A stretch of DNA of 64,000 bases, from contig OX597820.1 in NCBI GenBank assembly GCA_951406725.2, positions 76,818,001 to 76,882,000 on the forward strand, written 5' to 3'. Positions 12,373 through 25,299 of this stretch are shown one piece after another. A program made the translations under genes and the position numbers. The DNA is from Octopus vulgaris. Lineage: Eukaryota. Numbering within the stretch: position 1 is the first letter of the stretch; every line of letters starts with the position of its first letter. The notes beneath the pieces were generated by a model that saw only the letters and a list, made by a program, of their open reading frames with translations, ran no database searches and had not been told where the DNA came from.

Positions 12373-13853
12373 GCTACCTGTCCACTGGATGCACAACCCC
12401 AAGGCCTGGGTTATCAAGAGTCTTACTTTGAATTTGTTCCACTAATGCTTCATCACTCAAGCCAAGGAATATCTCTAATATGTTTGCATGGAATTCACGG
12501 TGTTGCTTGTTATGGATAATGCTTGTGATCACTCTTTGGATTTCAGTCACGCGGGAGTTAAAGTAGAGTTCCTCCCTGCCAATAACCACCTTCTCCAGCT
12601 TATGGATCAAGGCGTGACCCGTGCCTTCAAGGCACTCTACACTCGGAACTCTTTCCAACACCTTGTGGACACAATGGATTCGGATGAGAATTTCAAGTTA
12701 AAGGAGTACTGGCGTAACTTCACGATCGCAAAGTACCTGTTAGTTATCCACGCTGCTCTTAAAGACATGAAAAAGAAACCCTCATCGCATGCTGGAAGAT
12801 GCGGCCAGAGTGTGTCCCGGACAACGAGGGCTTCTCACCTAAAGATATTCAGCACGAGGCTGTCAACAATGCAGTGAAACTTGTAAAGGTACTTGGTGGC
12901 GAAGGTTTTGACAACACACATTTGAGGTCAATGACCACATCGATGCCCACTCTGAAACCCTGATAAACGAAGACTTGATAGAGTTAATGAAGTCTGCCAG
13001 TGAAGAGGAGGAAGAAGCGCCAGATCCAGAGGAAGAGGAGGGATGAGCTGGACATGGCAATCGAAGTTCTGTCGGCCCTTTTAAAGACAGGAAAGGAATT
13101 TCAAGGAAAGAAGGAAACACGGTCTCCCCAATTTAAAAACGTCATTGGTGCTGCCATGAAGACATATAAAACTCTCCTCACCACCATGAAGAAACAACGA
13201 TAGCAGGAGGCGCAATGGCCCAGTGGTTATGGCAGCGGACTCGTGGTCGGAGGTTCCCGGTTTCGATTCCCAGACCGTTGTGTGTGTGTATTGAGCGAAA
13301 ACACCTAAAGCTCCATGACGCTCCGGCAAGGAGTGGTGGCGACCCCTGTTGTGCTCTTTCGCTACAACTTTCTCTCACTCTTCCTTCCTGTTTCTTATCC
13401 CCGACTTCCTACGCAGCCGCTAAGCCTGGATGCACATTCATCCATACCTCGATGCTCTCGGTGTCAGGGGGTTGACCTGCTTTCTCTTCTGCGGGTCTTA
13501 CGAATAGCAAAGGACCACGTTTCGGACTTCTCCCACTCTGAGACGAAGACCGCTTCGCTCAACAAACAACCAAACAAATAAACAAACAACGACAGCAACT
13601 TCCCATCACAACGTCCCTCAAACCCAGACAAAAACGCCTGGCACGAAGATACGACATCCCTTAAAATACCTGAAGAAGAGGCGTCACCTGAAGAGCTGTA
13701 AATCTTCTTTGGTGTGCAGTCATTACCTTCATTGTTTTCATAATCATAATGTTAGATCAATATCATTCATTATTGGTGACTAACAATAAGTCTTACTTTA
13801 ATCTTTAATTATTATTATTTGTTCTTTTCGTAAACTCTCCCTATACATATATA

Positions 13854-13917
<64 letters not shown>

Positions 13918-14058
13918 GTGTGTGTGTGTGTGGTTATAATATTTTACGTTGTATTTTGACATTTATAAGAAATATTTATGGAACACGTACTATATTCACG
14001 GTTGTTCACTTTTCGCGGGTACTCTAGGAACGTAACCCCCGCGAATACCGGGGAGCTA

Positions 14059-14061
<3 letters not shown>
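12373..14061 (+). mobile_element. pogo/Tigger DNA transposon, 3' half (DDE_1 transposase relic and right TIR)
   Basis: LPVHWMHNPKAWV, VLLVMDNACDH, FLPAN..LLQLMDQGV.RAFKALY and KKQR/QQLPIT. It ends ...ggaacgtaacccccgcgaataccggggagctactg followed by TA, and is interrupted by a SINE and a TA/TG tract. Confidence 0.9.
13206..13583 (+). mobile_element. tRNA-derived SINE, family C, with 14-bp TSD
   Basis: Head GGAGGCGCAATGGCCCAGTGG..GGTTTCGATTCCC and an (AAAC)n tail. TSD is aaacaacgatagca (13192-13205) and aaacaacgacagca (13584-13597). Confidence 0.9.
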
Positions 14062-14145
<84 letters not shown>

Positions 14146-14339
14146 TATATATATATACATGTATGTTTATTAATTTATATAAATGCGTACTGTTTAATTT
14201 GCTTATTTAAATTATATATATATATATATATATGCACACACACATATACATATATATGCATGTATTTATGTATATAAGCATGTATATATAGATTGTGTGA
14301 AGTGGAGTACAGGTTTTATATATTAAGAAAAAGTTGTTA

Positions 14340-14730
14340 GGAACTGGATAAATGTTATTTGTGTAGCTCTTTCATGCCTTTGAGGAATTCATCAAGAATA
14401 ATTTTTAGAGAAAATTCATAGTGTTTATATATGGGTTAGTTGAACTTGTTTTCTTGGGTTTTTGGAAGCGGATGTTTAGGAAATGATTGAGATGTTCTTT
14501 GTTATGAATATGTGAGTGTGCATGTGTGTCTGTGCATGAGTGTGTGCATTTGTGTGTGCTTGTGCTTGTGTGTGTGTTTATGCTTGTGTGTATACAAAAC
14601 CCAAGAAAACAAATTTTGCTCCCGATGTTCTCAGATAACTTACAAATAAAAGTTATGAATATCATATAAAAAATTATTTATGATGAATTCCTCAAAGGAA
14701 GAAGACAAAATTAATTTTTATCCAAATCTT
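14340..14730. repeat. Inverted pair of degraded repeat ends around a TG-rich core
   Basis: 14377-14406 vs reverse complement of 14669-14698 match at 28/30. gttttcttgggtttt and aaaacccaagaaaac are also inverted. Confidence 0.7.
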
Positions 14731-15388
14731 GACTACCTCCATTCGTCTTAATGTGTATGTGCGTGTTTGTTTGTGTATGTGTGTGTGTGCGTGTGTGAGT
14801 GTGTGTGTGTTTGTGTGAGTGCTGTGCGTGTGTGTTTGTGCGTTGAAGTTTTAGCATTATTTATTAGAATTGATAATAATTTCCCTTCCAAATTCAAAAA
14901 CAAAATATCGTCCTCCTGAATATGTACCTCGCGTATTCAGAATATTCGGAATTACTCCTTGTATAATGTTCTCGATACGACAAGAGTTGAATGCGCTCCG
15001 TATGTGATTATGCTATGACAAATTTGTCTCTTATAGAACATTAATGACACTGTCATGAACATTGAATTGATTGATGTATACTTCAATTGTGAGATAGCTT
15101 ACTGTCAGAGATATTAATTTTATTTCAAAAGCCATTCTAAAACAACCAAGGTCCTGCTTACTGTCTTATGAATTGTATGACAGCCTAAGCGTGCTCTGAA
15201 AATTCTTGCCATACTCTCTCGGTACCTAAGTCTGCTACGGACTCACTCCCTCTATTTTTCAAGCTAGAATCAATAATAGCGCTTTGTAATAACTTTACTA
15301 TGTATTGATAGAACTTCAGTTAAGAGGATTTGAACTTTCTTTTCTTTTTTTTATGTTTTTTTTTAGGTTCCTTACTTAACATCATGTC

Positions 15389-15785
15389 AGGCGGTGAACT
15401 GGCAAAACTGTTAGAGATTTGGACGACATGCTTTGTGGAATTTTTCCGACCCTTTATGCTTTAAGTTCGAATCCAGCTGAGAGAATATTTGGAGTCGATG
15501 TAATTAACTAGCTGCCTCGCACCAAACGTCAGACCTTTCCCCGTGAGTAGAGAGAATTTTACTTAGCATCATATAAAGCAATGAGCTGGAAGAATCATTA
15601 GAGCCTGAAGGAAAATGCTTAGCGCCATTTTTTCCGGCTATATATGTTGTCAGTCCAAATTTTGTCGAGGTCAAATTTCTGTCTTATTCTTCCGAAGTCG
15701 GTAAAATAAAGTACCAGTCAAACACTGGGTTCCATGTAATCGACTTATCACGTTCTTTAAAGCTGCCACAATTTGAAACCATTAC
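15389..15785 (+). mobile_element. Two tandem degraded Nin-type SINEs
   Basis: ggcggtgaactggcaaaactgttag... and gagctggaagaatcattag...gtcgaggtc..aaataaagtaccagtc..cactgggt. Confidence 0.7.
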
Positions 15786-16505
15786 TTATCATAATATATC
15801 GCAAGGCAAATTATTTTGAAAACAGGTTTTTAAAAAAATACCCAGAGAAGATTAGTTTAGATGCAAATTCTTTGCTTCATTAGACATTAATGACAAAGTG
15901 CCGCAATTCACAGACGGAACTATGCAGGAGTCAGAGAAGAAATGATTCCATCAACGGGATACAATATAGAGAGACAAATAATAAGAAAGCAAATTACGTC
16001 TGGAAATAATTCATAGACATTATGATTGAAAAGATGACAAACATTGAGAAATGACAATGGAGTTTTATGGAGATTCACACATGTCCACAGGAAATTGAAA
16101 CTGAAATGGAAGTATTTGAATTTTAAGATTTATGTCTTTCTTATTCACGATGAATATTAGTGAAAAGAGAATTCCGTAATGTCTGATATATAGGAAAATC
16201 GTTACGACAAATAACTATGTAACCAGCTTTGGCAACTGCAATTTTCACTTCTATTGTGTGGTAGTAAATTGAAAAGATGAATGTTGCAATCTATTACAAT
16301 GCGGGAAAGTTTTAGCAACAATCCAAAGTAAATGAACATACACACATATACACGCGCGCAAGTAAACACATACGCACAAATGATTACCGAACAAAGTGTT
16401 AACAGAGACACACACATGTGTATATATTTTTTAATGTTTTTTGTATGAGCGTAAGTATGTGTATACGTGAATGCGTGTGTGTATATATATATATATGTAT
16501 ATATA

Positions 16506-16559
16506 TACCTTAATACTAAATGCTTTTAGCGTAACTAAGAAATTGCTGTAACACACACA

Positions 16560-16611
<52 letters not shown>

Positions 16612-16894
16612 GTATGTTTGTATATATAAATTATGTAAATATCTGTACACATACATTCGTAGTTTACTGTTTCGTCTAGGCAAGATCATCAATAAAATTA
16701 CTGCATCCAGTGAGAGGCAAATATCATTTAATGTGCAGATTATAAAGGTTCGAGCCACTAGTAGTTTCTTCCTTTGGAGACACGTATCTAGGCAGGTTTT
16801 CACGAGACGACGTGTGTCCCCAATCTTCAAAGAGATCGGTATAGTGTGTTACTGTAATTTCTCAGTTACGATAAAAGCAATTTAGTATTAAGGT
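16506..16894. repeat. Inverted repeat with ~51-bp arms
   Basis: taccttaatactaaatgcttttagcgtaactaagaaattgctgtaacacac matches the reverse complement of 16844-16894. Confidence 0.8.
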
Positions 16895-17624
16895 AAAGAA
16901 TTACTAAATACTTTTTTTTTAGAGTTCTTACTTTTGTACTTTACCACCGACGTTTTGATGCTCCTGCCTCGAACTTGTATCTCCAACTTCATACTTTTTA
17001 TACTGACGGAGACAGAGTATCAACTCGATAAATGTCATGTTGACCTTCAGCAGAAATGACTTGCGTTATTTGTCTGCACGGATGTCGTTCTATGTAGAGT
17101 AGGACAAATCTTGTTTTGTACCTTTTTATTTCTTTGCGGTAGTAGACAACCTTACCAATCAGAAACTTTGCCGCAGACTGTTCCTTAGCATGAATCAAAT
17201 TTTTCTCTTTGTCTCAGTGTTTGTATTTTATATTCTCAGTTTCTCTTTTACCTCACTTTTACTTATTTGCTCGCATTTGCACCCGAAGATTTACTGAATG
17301 CCACCATTTGCAAAAACCACATTTACATCACTTTTTTTACTTAGCAATTGTAATTATATTTTAAACCACTACGCCAAATGCCACTTTAACTTACAAGTGA
17401 GTTTTTATTAATGTGTGCCATGTTAATAAAAAGAAAAACTATATTTGGTCTTGGTTGAAATTCGAACACAATATCAACACAATACGTCTTTTCGCTTAAT
17501 TGAATAAAAGTATATTTCAAAAACGAAAAAAATATCATGTCGAGAAAGCGAGAAAACCAGGAATATGTGAAGTGAGGAGTGTTGCGCGTATTAGAAAATA
17601 GACGGAGACAAAGAGAGAGAGAGT

Positions 17625-17659
17625 GAGCTGCACATACACATACGCACAACCAGGAACGC

Positions 17660-17703
<44 letters not shown>

Positions 17704-17824
17704 TAAGAGAGGGAGAAAGAAAAAGAGGGAGACAGAAAGAAAGAGAGAATGAGCTGCATATATACATACGCACAATCAGGAACGCAGAGAGAGAGACAGT
17801 AAGAGAGGGAGAAAGAAAGAGAGG

Positions 17825-17902
<78 letters not shown>
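17625..17902 (+). repeat. Local tandem duplication plus (GA)n microsatellite
   Basis: gagctgca..catacgcacaa.caggaacgcagagag..acagtaagagagggagaaaga occurs twice and is followed by a long (GA)n. Confidence 0.8.
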
Positions 17903-17906
<4 letters not shown>

Positions 17907-18394
17907 GGAGCGGTAACAAAAACAAAATTGCTACAGTAATGGAGGCGAAAAGGGACTGAAAGAGAAATAAATTGCCCCTTGTCAGAAAAAGTGAAAGAAT
18001 AAGAGATGAAAGAATGAGTTGATAGTTATTCATTGGTAGACGTACAAAAGATGAAAAGACAAGGAAACAGAAATATAAAGAAAAGAGATAGAATGGAATA
18101 AAGAGAGAGTAAAATAGAGATATATGTCGGCTGTAAGCAGGAAAGCTCACGATGAGGAATAGGAAGAGATGCAGAAGTAAAACACATGGATTAACGCTGT
18201 AGTAGCAAAGGCGAACCAACTGTTAGCTTCAGACAAAAGACAAAGTAGGTGGGAGTAGACAGACATACAGACACGCAAACTGTCTAAAATAACAACTATA
18301 TATGTGTGTACGCATGAATGAGTGTGTGTTGTGTGCGTATAAACATATATGCACATCCATTATGTTAGTATATATGAATATATATATATGTATA

Positions 18395-18453
<59 letters not shown>

Positions 18454-18460
18454 GTGTATA

Positions 18461-18500
<40 letters not shown>

Positions 18501-18566
18501 CATATATATAATATGCGTGTGTATGTATATACATGTATGCCTCTATATGTATGTATGTATGTATAT

Positions 18567-18611
<45 letters not shown>

Positions 18612-19049
18612 CAGGTCGGTGTATATGAGCATTTGTACCTATGTATGTACGTATGTATACATACATAATTATGTGTGTGTGTTTGCATGTGTGTGCGTGT
18701 GTGTAAATGTGCATGTGACTATAAATGCGTGTATCTGTGTGCATGTGTAACGGAATTGCCAGCCATTCTTGTTTTTTGTTACTGTGATGCAACAAGGCGG
18801 AACTGAAAGTTTTTTGTTATTATAATCGTCAAAGAATAGAGCTATGCAAGTGGAATTCTCGCGAGCATAATGGCGTCCACGTCCACTTTCTCTTGTCCTT
18901 TTTCTTTATTATCCCGCCAAGCTTCATAACAGAATAACTAAAGTCGCTTACATCGGCTTTAAGTTAGACGCCGATACCGCGTTAATGTCACATACCAAGA
19001 TAATATAATATGAACATTATTTCAGACTTCTATCCCAGGTTTTTATACG

Positions 19050-19230
19050 GCGGAGGCGTGTCTTTGTGATTAAGCACTTTGCAACCACGTGATTTTCGAT
19101 TCAGTCTCACGACGTAGAACTTTGGAATACTGTATTCTACAATAGACATGGACCGACCATTTAACTTGTGAGTGAAGAATCTGAGAGACGGAAAATCTGG
19201 AAGACTAATGTATGTATGCGTATATATATA
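19050..19230 (+). mobile_element. Degraded family B SINE, 5' part
   Basis: ggcggaggcgtg..caaccacgtg..ttcagtctcac..ttctacaatag..cgacc..ttgtgagtg..gacggaaa. Confidence 0.55.
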
Positions 19231-19247
19231 TATATATATATATACAT

Positions 19248-19595
19248 CGTGGCACTCCGTCGATTACGACGACGAAGATTCCAGCTGATCCGTTCAACGG
19301 AACAACCTGCTGGTGAAATTAACGTGCAAGTGGCTGAGCTCGTGTTTCCTTAACATAGTTCTCGAGAAGATTCCACATGAAAAGGTATTAATATGCAAGT
19401 GCAACAGAATCAGGAGGAAAGTGTGAGAGAAAGTTGTGGTAAAGGAATAGACCAGAGTTCATCACCACCCTTTGCCGGAGCCTCGTGGGGCTTCGGGTGT
19501 TTCCGCTCAATAAACACTCACAACGCCTGGTCTGGGAATTTAAACCGTGATCCCACGACCACGAGTCCGTTGCCCAAACCACTGGGCCATTGCGC

Positions 19596-19597
<2 letters not shown>
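19248..19597 (-). mobile_element. Family C SINE head joined to a different 3' tail
   Basis: Minus strand AGGCGCAATGGCCCAGTGG.. head and core match 13206, while the tail resembles the tail of 38480-38765. Confidence 0.8.
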
Positions 19598-19633
<36 letters not shown>

Positions 19634-19664
19634 ACTCACACACATATATATATTTATATATGTG

Positions 19665-20043
19665 CACGGTGAATGAAGAAAGGAACAAGGCAACAAGGAA
19701 AGCTCAAGTTGAGGTATAAGGACACCCTAAAAATCAACTAAATTGGTATGGGATCCAGCCTCGCAAACTCGAAATTGAAGCCACAAACAGGGCAATCTGA
19801 AGGTCAACCAGCTACGCTGCCGCAACTTCCTTTGCAGAGGATAGGCGGCAACGTCTGGCAACGTCTGGCGGGCGCACGAGACAGATATCACTGCATTATC
19901 CGCAGTCCCGACCAAAGGCTGCCAGTGTCTAACATGCGGGCGTCTGTGTGCTTTCGGCTTTGGTCTGCGCAGCCACATATGTTCCCAAGCTGAATGCTGA
20001 GACCACCAACTACGTCTTCTTCGGAGATCGATGGACTACTGTA
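19665..20043 (+). mobile_element. RTE (BovB-like) LINE 3' end
   Basis: GIQPRKLEIEATNRAI*R and a C-terminal CLTCGRLCAFGFGLRSH (the CxxC..GL.SH motif of RTE ORFs). Confidence 0.75.
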
Positions 20044-20114
20044 ATGTGTGTGCGTATGTATGTAATGTATATATATAAGTATGTGTGTGTGTAAATGTAT
20101 GTATACACACACAA

Positions 20115-20214
<100 letters not shown>

Positions 20215-20250
20215 ATATGTGTGTGTGTGTGTGTGTGTATAATCAGAATA

Positions 20251-20417
20251 CAGGAGTGGCTGTGTCGTAAGTAGCTTGCTTACCAACCACATAGTTCCGG
20301 GTTCAGTCCCACTGCGTGGCACCTTGGGCAAGTGTCTTCTACTATAGCCTCGGGCCAACCAAAGACTTGTGAGTGGATTTGGTAGATAGAAACTGAAAGA
20401 AGCCCGTCGTATATATG

Positions 20418-20459
<42 letters not shown>

Positions 20460-20684
20460 CGTGTGTGTGAGTTTGTGTTTGCCCCCCCCCCCGACATCGC
20501 TTGACAAACGATAGTGGTGTGTTTACTTCCCCGCAATTTAGCGGTTCGGCAAAAGAGCCCGATAGATTAAGTACTAGGCTTACAAAGAATAAGTCCTAGG
20601 GTCGATTTGCTGGACTGAAGGTGCTGCTCCGGCATGGCCGTAGTCAAATGAACAAAACAAGTAAATGGGTAAAGAATAAAGAGT
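20251..20684 (+). mobile_element. tRNA-derived SINE, family B, with internal (TA)n(TG)n
   Basis: caggagtggctgtg..ggttcagtcccactgcgtggcaccttgggcaagtgtcttctactatagcc..gaagcccgtcg-(TA/TG)n-..gcatggccg.agtcaaatga. Confidence 0.9.
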
Positions 20685-20700
20685 ATATATGCAGATAGAT

Positions 20701-20776
<76 letters not shown>

Positions 20777-21475
20777 TGATATACATATGGTATAAGGGTT
20801 ATTGGTAAGATAGTATTATAACAATGTTGATGATAGAAACTAGATGGAACTCGCAAGTGTATTGTCCACCAGTATAGCTCCTTAGCATCTACATATTGCT
20901 ACATGCACAAGTACCTCTGCATATGCACATATTGTTTTAATGTACTTCTGCAGTTGTCGAAACGTTGTGATTTCATTCAATAATATTTTTGAAAATACGT
21001 TATAACGTTTTTCATTGTTTTGTGATAAATTGAAATATCTTTAAATAAATCTAACATAAATATAGAAAAATCGTACGGATTTAATGCTTTATTACATTAT
21101 TACGTTACAATATTCTTGATAATATTTGTAAAAACACTCGAAATTAGAGGAAATATATACAAGTGCATATTGAGACAGGCATGTTTAGACATATTGTCAT
21201 GGACTCAATAAACAAGACCAAAAATGAATGTCTTGTTTCGGTCTATGTATGCGTGAGTGTGCGTGTGTGTTATGTTCGTTCATATATATAGATGGCAGAG
21301 GATGTGTATATACTGGAAACCACAATGGAAACAAATAGAATGTAAGATACTTTATACGGTGTATATTTCAGGGGGAATGAAATATCATGAGGATTATACT
21401 CATGTATTCTATATTTCGAACAAGAAAAAAATATAGACGCGCACGCACAAACACACACTCTCATACCCACTCATA

Positions 21476-21683
21476 TTAGTGGGTGCTAAAAAGTTCCTGG
21501 TTCTAAGGGTGAAAGGCCTTGTTCCTGGGCGAACCTCCACAGTTCATTTACAAAGCTTAGAGAAACTGAAGGACCACTGCAATGCGCGTGTGAATCAGAG
21601 AATGCAATGTGGTGAATAGAGTCATGATTAACTTATAGTCTTGTATTTTACACAAAAGCTAAAACTTTCAACACGCCCTTGTA
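21476..21683 (+). mobile_element. Mariner-derived MITE or internal deletion derivative
   Basis: gggtgctaaaaagttcctgg.. and ..aaactttcaacacgcccttgta form imperfect TIRs around a transposase C-terminal remnant. Confidence 0.55.
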
Positions 21684-21757
21684 TGTCTGTGTGTCGGCAA
21701 ATGTATGTTTATATATATGTACCTATATATATATATATATGTATATATATCATCTAT

Positions 21758-21829
<72 letters not shown>

Positions 21830-21832
<3 letters not shown>

Positions 21833-22155
21833 GCCCTGATTTAGTACCAGGCAGTGCCTCTCATGTGTTTTGATCTTAACTGATTGGAAGTGTTATCATG
21901 TACATTTATTTGTCTTGGTATTAAATGTGGGCTGTAGCAAATATTCTGCTCAATACCACATATTTGTTTGTCAATTGTTTGACCTTAACCATTTGAGCAT
22001 GTCTCTTAGTAGCTGACGATATATGCATCTCTGATCACAAGCAGAATTAGTGGGAGCGCATCATAGCCATATCTTGAGAGGAATTCTTTGGGGTTTGAAT
22101 AATTCACCTTTCGAAACATGTGTGTTTTGTTCAGCATCCTTAAACAATCGTTATT
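21830..22155 (-). mobile_element. Unclassified retroposon 3' end with (TTA)n tail at 21759-21830
   Basis: Second copy of the 2485-2750 family, adjoining a long AAT tract. Confidence 0.65.
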
Positions 22156-22277
22156 TTTCAACAACCTAAGCAATGCCTTTTTTCTTTCGAGGAATTATAT
22201 GCTCCTTTATTTACACTATTTTACTTAGTCATTGCACAGTGAGCACCATAAGCTTTAAGCTTATATAAAAAAGTAAC

Positions 22278-22321
<44 letters not shown>

Positions 22322-22410
22322 TTTGAGGGAATATTAATCCTAACTTACAGGGAAAAACATTCAAGTTAGAAATACTAAATCAAATTTCACACAATATAAT
22401 ATATATATAT

Positions 22411-22719
22411 ATATAAAATTAGAAAGATCCACCTTTTATCAATTCAAAATATTTAAATTACATCATCTAGAAAATTACATACAATAGAAATATTAAAATT
22501 AAAATAACAATAAAGTACCAATGATTAAGCAAATTGCAAAAAAATAATAAAAGCATATCGTTATTCGACCAATCATATACGTTTTTATTTTTTTTTTTTG
22601 CAATTTACTTATTCATTGGTATTTTATTGTTATTTTAATTTTAATATTTCTATTGTATGTAATTTTCTAGATGGTGTAATTTAATTGTTCATTTTGAATT
22701 GATAAAAGGTGGTTCTTTC

Positions 22720-22730
<11 letters not shown>
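22411..22730. repeat. Long AT-rich palindrome (~150-bp arms, ~16-bp spacer)
   Basis: taaaattagaaagatccaccttttatcaattcaaaat...ttgcaaaaaaa is mirrored by tttttttgcaa...attttgaattgataaaaggtggttctttctaatttta. Confidence 0.9.
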
Positions 22731-22773
<43 letters not shown>

Positions 22774-23789
22774 CATACATACATACATACATACATACAT
22801 ACATACATACATACATACATACATACATACAAAGAATGTTTACTATTTGCATTCTCGTGCACACAAACACACTGATAGTCACCTATGCAAATATAATCAT
22901 TTATATAAATTTATATTCTTTTTGTGTCTTCGTGCATCGTTAAGGAGCGGAAAGGAGAGCAGATGATTCTTGCTCCTTTTTATTTTTTCTTGTTTTGAGT
23001 AATTCTTCCCGTTTTTCTAAAGGCAATAAATATAACACTCGTTTCATAAGGTGCTATCACACGACCATTCGAAAAATTTTGTCATGTTCCAAGTTAACAG
23101 TAAATCAATAATATGATTATGTCTAAAATTAATTTCTTTCGAAGCAGGACAATATTTTTACGTGTTGCAAATACTAAAAAGAGCCATGAATATATATACA
23201 TACATACATATATATACGCACACACATATATATATACATGTGTATATATATATATGAGAAGTGTATGTATAAGTAGAGGGAGAAATGGAGAGGGAGTGAT
23301 ATATAGAAAAATAGATATATAGGTTCATAGGTATAGATACATGACGGTATAGATATTAACGCATAAACACGCACACACACGCACAAATTTATGAAACTCT
23401 GTACCTATCTATCTATGTATAGCCGTCTATGTATTACTTTATTTTCTACCTCCTTCCCACCTGGTTATAGATATATATGTGTGTATGTATGTGTATTTAT
23501 GTAGGTGTGTGTGTGTGTTTGTAAATTGTAGTTTATCTTTCAGTCTACTTTTGTCATAGCTTTGCGGCCTTATTGGTGCGCCAAGTTGGAAGTCACACAA
23601 ATCAATAACCTTTCATATGTTGAATATCTGGTACTTACTATTATTATTATTATTAAATTTGGTGTGAAAACGTCAAGTTACGGAAGCGTAAACAAGCCAA
23701 CTCCGGCTGTTAATATGTGGTTGGTACACACACAAAATTTCATGCACACAAACACACACACGCTCATGACTAAATATGTACATTCTTGT

Positions 23790-24620
23790 AATGTACTAAT
23801 TTCTCAAGATTGTTGTTTAGGCAGTATGTTACATATCCCAGGGCCCCAATTATTACAGGTATAAACGTGAACTTGTAATCTGAATAGAGTAACTGTAGAT
23901 TTCTCAATAGTTCAGCATAGGTGTTCTCTTTTTCACTGAAATTCAGCTTCATGTTAACATCCATGGGCAGCTAATTTCCACGATTCTGCACAGTTTCTCT
24001 TCTCTTTCCCAAATCGTTATATCAAGTTTGTTGTGCTTACATTTTATTGAGGGCTTCACTGGGACATTCCACCAGTATTCCTTTTTATTATGAGTGTCTC
24101 TGACTCCTACCATATTGCGGGTTCTTTGTCCTCGGGATTACCCTTCCAACGGATTTCATTATAGAGTATCCTAGCTACAACATCATCTCTCATCGGTAGA
24201 TAATACTGTGATGGCATTTTCGGACAACTGCTTATGATGTGGGTGATATCTTCAGTGTGAACTCCATAAAGTCAGCGTCGATCGTCACATATTACTGCTT
24301 TTCCTGCATCTCTATCCTTTTTGGGTATATGTTATTTGGCTGATATTTTCTGTTCCTGGATTGCAAACTCTTTATCTTGAAAGTGGGCGATAGTAATCTG
24401 GCTATTGGTTCATGATAAACTGCTTTGATGATCGATGTTGCTATCATCTCCGAGCTTTCTACTAAGATAGCAATGCATAGTCTTCTGCTCATACAGACTC
24501 ATCCTTTCATCTGAAGATAAGTTGCAGTAGAGTTGTGTGGCTTCTTTGGTTATTCTAGGTTATCAGACGAAGAGTGTTGCTCAAGGAGCCGCCTTCCACA
24601 TCTTATGATGTTATTAGCGA
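23790..24620 (-). mobile_element. REL-endonuclease LINE fragment, family 2
   Basis: GGSLS, EDITHIISSCPKM, EYWWNVPVKPSIKCKHNKLDI and EKENTYAELLRNLQLLY..PVIIGALG. Confidence 0.85.
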
Positions 24621-25299
24621 TATCTATGTATGCACGTATGTATGTATTTATGTATGTATGTATACACCCACATACATACATAACTACGAGCGTGTGTGAA
24701 TTATGTATCAAACTTTGCACTATCGATTACCAACATGATTGGTGATTATTGTTTTTCTTATTTGTATCACGAGCAATTATACATGTAAATAGCTTGTATA
24801 CTTACATTCCCATTCCTTAAATCATCACTACAGCTTTGCCATTAATTTCAAATAAAATTATTGACAGACGTAGAATTTTAATTTCGTAACAAAATATACA
24901 TATTTTGAATATTAAAATGTGCAGAGACACCAGTATACGCTAAGGTGAATACGGTCGTGATCGCAATAAATTAAAAGAAATCAGCATTAAAGATGGATAT
25001 GATAATAAGAACTTTTGCGTAAAATATAAGCATATGAGGAGCTGATTATACCATTTGTAAATATGTAGTGTTTAAATGTTATAAACGTCGTCGGCAAACT
25101 TCCAGCGTCTTATTTGACTAAACTTGTTTAGATACATGCGTTCATACAAGCATACATACATCGATACATACATTCATACACACATACATACACAGATTCA
25201 CACCAACACATATGTGTGTGTGTGTTTGTGCGCGTGAGTGTGAATATGTATGACGTGCCGGTTAAATACACGACTCCAGTTTGTATCCTTCACTGGATA

